In this document: positions 33,055 to 38,159 of the stretch, piece after piece
How positions within the stretch are numbered: position 1 is the stretch's first letter
Layout: every line of letters starts with the position of its first letter
DNA from: Octopus bimaculoides
Lineage: Eukaryota
Assembly (NCBI RefSeq): GCF_001194135.2
Contig: NC_068996.1
Location: 7,515,785-7,553,943, forward strand
Direction: 5' to 3'
Length of the DNA stretch: 38,159 bases
Translations under genes and position numbers: made by a program
Notes under the pieces: generated by a model
Database searches by the model: none
Told to the model about the DNA's origin: nothing
Seen by the model: only the letters and a program-made list of their open reading frames with translations

Positions 33055-33852
33055 CATCATCATCATCATCATCGTTTAACGTCTGCTTTCCATGCTAGCA
33101 TGGGTTGGACAATTTGACTGAGGACTGGCGAACCATATGGCTATACCAGGCTCTAATCTGATCTGGCAGACTTTCTACAGCTGGATGCCCTTCCTAATGT
33201 CAACCACTCCGAGAGTGTAGAGGGTGCTTTTACATGCTATCGGCACGAGGGCCAGTAACGCAGTACTGGCAACGGCCACGCTCAACATGGTGTCTTTTAT
33301 GTGCCACCTGCACAGGAGCCAGTCCAGCAGCACTGGCAACGACCTCGCTTGAATGATTTTCTAATGTGCCACCAGCACAAGTGCCAGTAAAGCGACGCTG
33401 GTAACAATCACACTCAAATGGTGCTATCTATGTGCTACTAGCATGGAAGCCAGACAGCTGCTCTGGCAATGATCATGCTCGGACGTTGCTGTTAGTACTC
33501 CACTGGTACAGGTGCCGGTCATCGAATATGGTTCAATTACGATTTCGATTTCACTTGCCCCAACAGGTCTTCGCAAGCAGAGTTCAGTGTCCAATGAAGG
33601 AGAGGTTGGCATGGGAACCAGTCATCGAATTTGGTTCGATTTCAATTTCAATTTCACTTGCCTCAACAGGTCTTCGCAAGCAGAGCTTAGTGTCCAATGA
33701 AGTAAAAATACGAATAAGTGAGCTGGCTACACTTCTGGCAGAGGCCGCAGATTATGCACTCACTTGGCTTGCCGAGTCTTCTCATATACTGTATATTTCC
33801 AAAGCACCCGGTCACTAGTCATTGCCTCGGTGAGGCCTAAAGTTCGAAGGTC
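33055..33852 (-). mobile_element. RTE family A 3' fragment with long 3'UTR
   Basis: (CAT)n tail, hairpin units, two 103-bp tandem units and a degenerate ORF end. Confidence 0.9.
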
Positions 33853-34699
33853 TAAAAATATTTTGTAATATTCATAAAGTTCAATTAGCAAGACAGAGAA
33901 TGCATTGTCAGAATGCTCACAAGTTCACAGACAACGAATCCAGAACACTAATGCTTGTCAAATTCCATTGAATGAACATATAGAAACATGTGGTCAGAAA
34001 ACGTTACTAATTTTTCCTTTTTACAAACTACATGACACAAGTGAGGTTGGAAGAAAGATTAAAAAAAAAAAGGTTTTATTAAAATGTTCAAACTTGTTCC
34101 AAACAGAAATAACAACAATAGTATGACAACCAGTTAATGATGTGGATTAAAAAATATCTTTAACATATGAATTTAAACAAATTACAAATGACTCTCACTG
34201 ATTGAAATAAAAAACAATCGAAACTAACTAAGTTTGCTCACTCATAAAACTATTACATGTAAACTGCAAGCTAACTGGTTAAAATAAAGGTGAAATCTCT
34301 ACCAGTAATATCGGTGTGCCCGGCAAACCATGACATTTAAGCTGCATGCTGATTGGTCAAAACTGTATTAAAAAATTCAGTTTTACAGAGCCTTCTAAAA
34401 CGTATAAAAAGGAGGAGTCTGTCATTTTACTACAGTTGTCAAGCACTCAACTCAACTTTCAGTTAATACATTTTGAAATCTGATGATTACTATGAAGGTA
34501 TGAAAGCAATAATTGAACTTTATGAACATTACAAAATATTTTCTTAATGTTTAACACACTTCAACACTGTAAATAATTTTTTTTAATGCAGTAATAAAAA
34601 ACATGAAAACATGAAAACTAGACCAGTTTGTAACTTTATTCAACTGATATATTATACTATACACATTTACACAAATTCAGAAAAAAAGATACATGTACA

Positions 34700-35900
34700 C
34701 ACACACACACCTCACCACACCACACATCATTTTTCCAAATTAGCATGGGTTGGATTATTGTCGGTTTTCTCCATATCACTTCTACTATAGAATAACTGAA
34801 GAGTTTGAGGACCACTTTTGACTCAAATGTTTCATTTCTAATTTGGTTTCTACAAATAGGTGCCTTTCCCAACACCAATCATTATATGTACCAGAAACAT
34901 TTTATTATATTTTCATATCTTTGGCAAATCTCTCTCTCTCTCTCTAATATATATATATATATATTCATAGACAATATATATATTAATATGTAGATAAGTC
35001 TATATCCGGTCATAGAGTGACCAATGGTTTCACATCCACAAAGGGATTAACACCATGGGCATCTTGTCAGTCTTTAAAGCCAAAGACTGATGTAACTCTT
35101 TGCCTCTGAGAGGCAGGAATCCATTACAGTCAGTTGGTCAGTAAGTCACCAAAGAATAAATACTCCAGGGTCAGCAAGAACAGGTTATCTCTCTTAGACC
35201 AGTTCATCTAACCCAAAAGTAGAGGAACAGGGGATTTTAGATCGTAAGGACTCTTCCTTGTCTAACTGAAGAATGGGGGAGGGGAATCCCATGCTTGCAG
35301 CTGGTAACATTTGAAATGGGTGCAGAGACTGTAAATTTCCTGGTGAGTGCTCAGTGATCCAGGTTTCGGGATTGCATTCCTTTGGATTTCTTCAATGTCT
35401 TGAAATCTTGTTGGGGGTGTTCCACGGAAGAATTAAGCCATGGACACATGAGTCATTACCCATTCTCATCATTTTCAAAAAGTTTTTGTCTTTAATTTAC
35501 ACACTGAAGGAGATCTTTAATCAACACACTTTAATCAACCAATCTTCTTTTTGAGACAACCACACTCTACACACTTTCCTTTCAAGCCCTGCTACCAATG
35601 ACAGAAGTAAACGAGAGCATTATAATTTAGTGTGCATGTGCAACAGAGTTCAAAGTCAGCCTGTGTCAAGTGGCTTCACTCTGCATATTTTAACTCTATT
35701 ACCATAGCAACATTCCCAGTATTTTTTGATCAAACCTAATATAAATACATACACACACACACACACGTGTGTGTGTGTGTGTATGGTAGTTGTTTACCCT
35801 TCAGTTATTCTATAGTAGAAGTGATATGGAGAAAACAGACAATAATCCAACTCATGCTAATTTGGCAAAATGATGTGTGGTGTGGTGAGGTGTGTGTGTG
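34700..35900. repeat. Inverted repeat, 102-bp arms (34700-34801 / 35799-35900)
   Basis: The arms are reverse-complementary at 99/102 positions. Confidence 0.96.
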
Positions 35901-35904
35901 GTTG

Positions 35905-36445
35905 TCTACTCCTTATACAGAGTTTGAGCACCTCCTGTGCCTACACTTTAGATCCATCATGGCATCTGATGTGGATTTTTAAACCTGACAATGTATTGAA
36001 AAGACACCCATGTACATTGCACATCCGATTTGGACCACCAAGAGCTGTAGATAAGTTCTGCCCTTTGTGGATCTTAAAATTTGTTTTGATGCCTCCGTTG
36101 GATTTGTAAACCTTCTGACATACATTGTGTTGAAAGGTGTGCCCAGATATATAGGCAGAATAGTTGGTGGAGGTTCATTTTCCATGGGTTCGCAGATGAG
36201 TTCTGAGCCCAGCAAAAGAAAGGCATGTGTCTATCTCTTTTGAGTCTTGCATGTGTTATCCTAGCCTCTACAAATGCTTTCACTCCACTCCACACTTTTG
36301 TTTGCCATCCAGCTCGATCTGAAGCAAGGGTTTCTATGTCCTCTGGATTAATTCCAAGTGACTTCATGGTAGTCCTTATGCCGCCAAACCTTTTTTTTAG
36401 GTTACACCAATAGCGTTTACCCTCTGCAAGCTCACCAAATATATA
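35905..36445 (-). mobile_element. RTE/BovB-like LINE 3' relic ending in C2H2-like fingers
   Basis: FGELAEGKR...KKRF...MKSLGINPEDIETLASDRAGWQTKVWSGVKAFVEARI, then AGLRTHLRTH and two further finger-like units. Confidence 0.8.
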
Positions 36446-36744
36446 TATATTAGCTGTGAGCATGTTTTGTGGGTGTGGTATGAATGGGTGGATGTATGTG
36501 CAGATAGATATGTGTGTGTGTGTATAAGTCTGTCTCTTTATCTTGAAACAATGCAATGGTTGAAAATGAGCATCAACATCATACAATTAGTGTCCTTCTT
36601 TGCCAACAGCCATGAAAACATGTCCAGTTAAGAGAGATGGTGACAAGAGGAGCATTTGGGCAGAGAAGATTTACCTCAATGAATTCCTATGAATTTCCAT
36701 GCAAGCATGGAGAAGCAGAAGTTATAATGATATTATACATAAAC

Positions 36745-36965
36745 ACACACACACACACACACACATACAAACATACATACCTGCATACAAACACACATAC
36801 CTACATACATACCTACATACATACATACATACATACTTCCATACATACATGCATACATACATACATACATGCATATATACATACATACATACATACATAC
36901 ATACATACATACATGCATGCATGCATACATACATACATACATGCATACATACCCACATACCCACA

Positions 36966-36998
<33 letters not shown>

Positions 36999-37020
36999 GC
37001 ATACATACATACATACATAT
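36745..37020. repeat. (CATA)n microsatellite
   Basis: Directly visible; a similar tract lies at ~37388-37500. Confidence 0.97.
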
Positions 37021-38159
37021 GCAAATTCTCGTTTGTATATATCATCATAGGTGCATTAGTTTATGTACCAACAAATTTGCACAAAAATCTAGAAATACTC
37101 AGTTTCACAAAAAAAGAGAAAAAAAAACTGACACAGATTCTTCAAATCTAATCTATTAGTGGCACAGTAAAGATTTGTAAAATATTCCAAAAAATTCTCC
37201 CTCTGAGATTCTAATGTGAATAGATACACATGCTTGGGTAAATACATCGACAGTTCAATCAACACACCAACTCAACCTCATATTTACAAACACCAGGAAT
37301 TCTCTCAACTTAAAAAGTCATGTTGCTTTGTTAGTGGTTGGCTTGAACTCTCTCAAGAAGAACTTAGATTAAACTCAAAGAAAAATCACACATACATACA
37401 TACATACATACATATATACATACATACATACATACATACATGCATGCATACATACATACATACCTACACACATACAAACATACATACATACATACACTCA
37501 CAGTTGCTCACATATTTTAATTTGTGATGACTAAGAACTCACCATACACACATATATACAGGTGTATTATCATTTTCATCATTATAGTTTATATCTATAT
37601 TCAATCAGTCGGATATATCTTCTGCATAGCTTATCACCATTCAGATGTGGTGAATTGAATCTATCTAAGTATGATATTAATATTCATTTTATTAATCTTG
37701 ACTATGGCAGGTGGGAAGTAAAACCCACCTGGGCAAAATTTATTTGTGTAATGTTAAAAGATATAAATAAATGGTTTTATCACCTTAATATCCTATCAGT
37801 CCTATTACTATGCAAGCTGTTGTACTTATTATCAAGATGAACAATGTGGAGATGTTCAAATGCAACCAGTTGTAAAAGCATTAGACTATTAAGAGAAATA
37901 TTAACAGTCGTTCAATCAATCAATTAATAATGCCATCTCTCTCTCTCGTTCTCTCTCTCTCTCTCTAACTATCTATCTATCTATTTCCCTTTCTCTTTCT
38001 TGCCTTCTCCCTCTCCCTCTCTCTCCTCTCTCACCCAACTCTCACTCTCACTATTCCTTCTCTCTTCCTATCTCTCATTCTTCTTTTCTCATTTATCATG
38101 CTTCTACTTGTATGTGAAATTTGTGATTATACACATATATATATATATATATATATATA

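Overview
This is AT-rich eukaryotic, repeat-dominated draft-assembly DNA. It has 8 N-gaps: 843-1296, 2689-3486, 9996-10005, 16468-16918, 21728-21958, 22588-22597, 29977-30148 and 32156-32405. The mix of (TA)n/(CA)n/(CATA)n microsatellites, abundant tRNA-derived SINEs, (GAT)n-tailed RTE LINEs and a TTAGGG tract resembles a cephalopod, probably Octopus; this is recognition from memory, not a search result. I found no intact host protein-coding gene, no RNA gene and no prokaryotic system. The window is a layered transposon graveyard. It holds a full-length dead mariner (9420-10763), a full-length dead hAT with both TIRs and a degraded 8-bp TSD (23141-27000), a second hAT relic, a Charlie-type MITE, a Tc1/mariner 3' remnant, a Penelope GIY-YIG relic, two RTE LINE families and three SINE families. 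The most interesting signals are: a minimal type-I hammerhead-like motif with a U3:A8 core swap; a CpG-rich promoter-like island with three chained short ORFs (host gene start or solo LTR); two near-perfect local inverted duplications; a conserved hairpin array in the RTE 3'UTR; and a LINE ORF ending in three decayed C2H2 fingers. Element boundaries were read by eye and are approximate unless a TIR or TSD is given.
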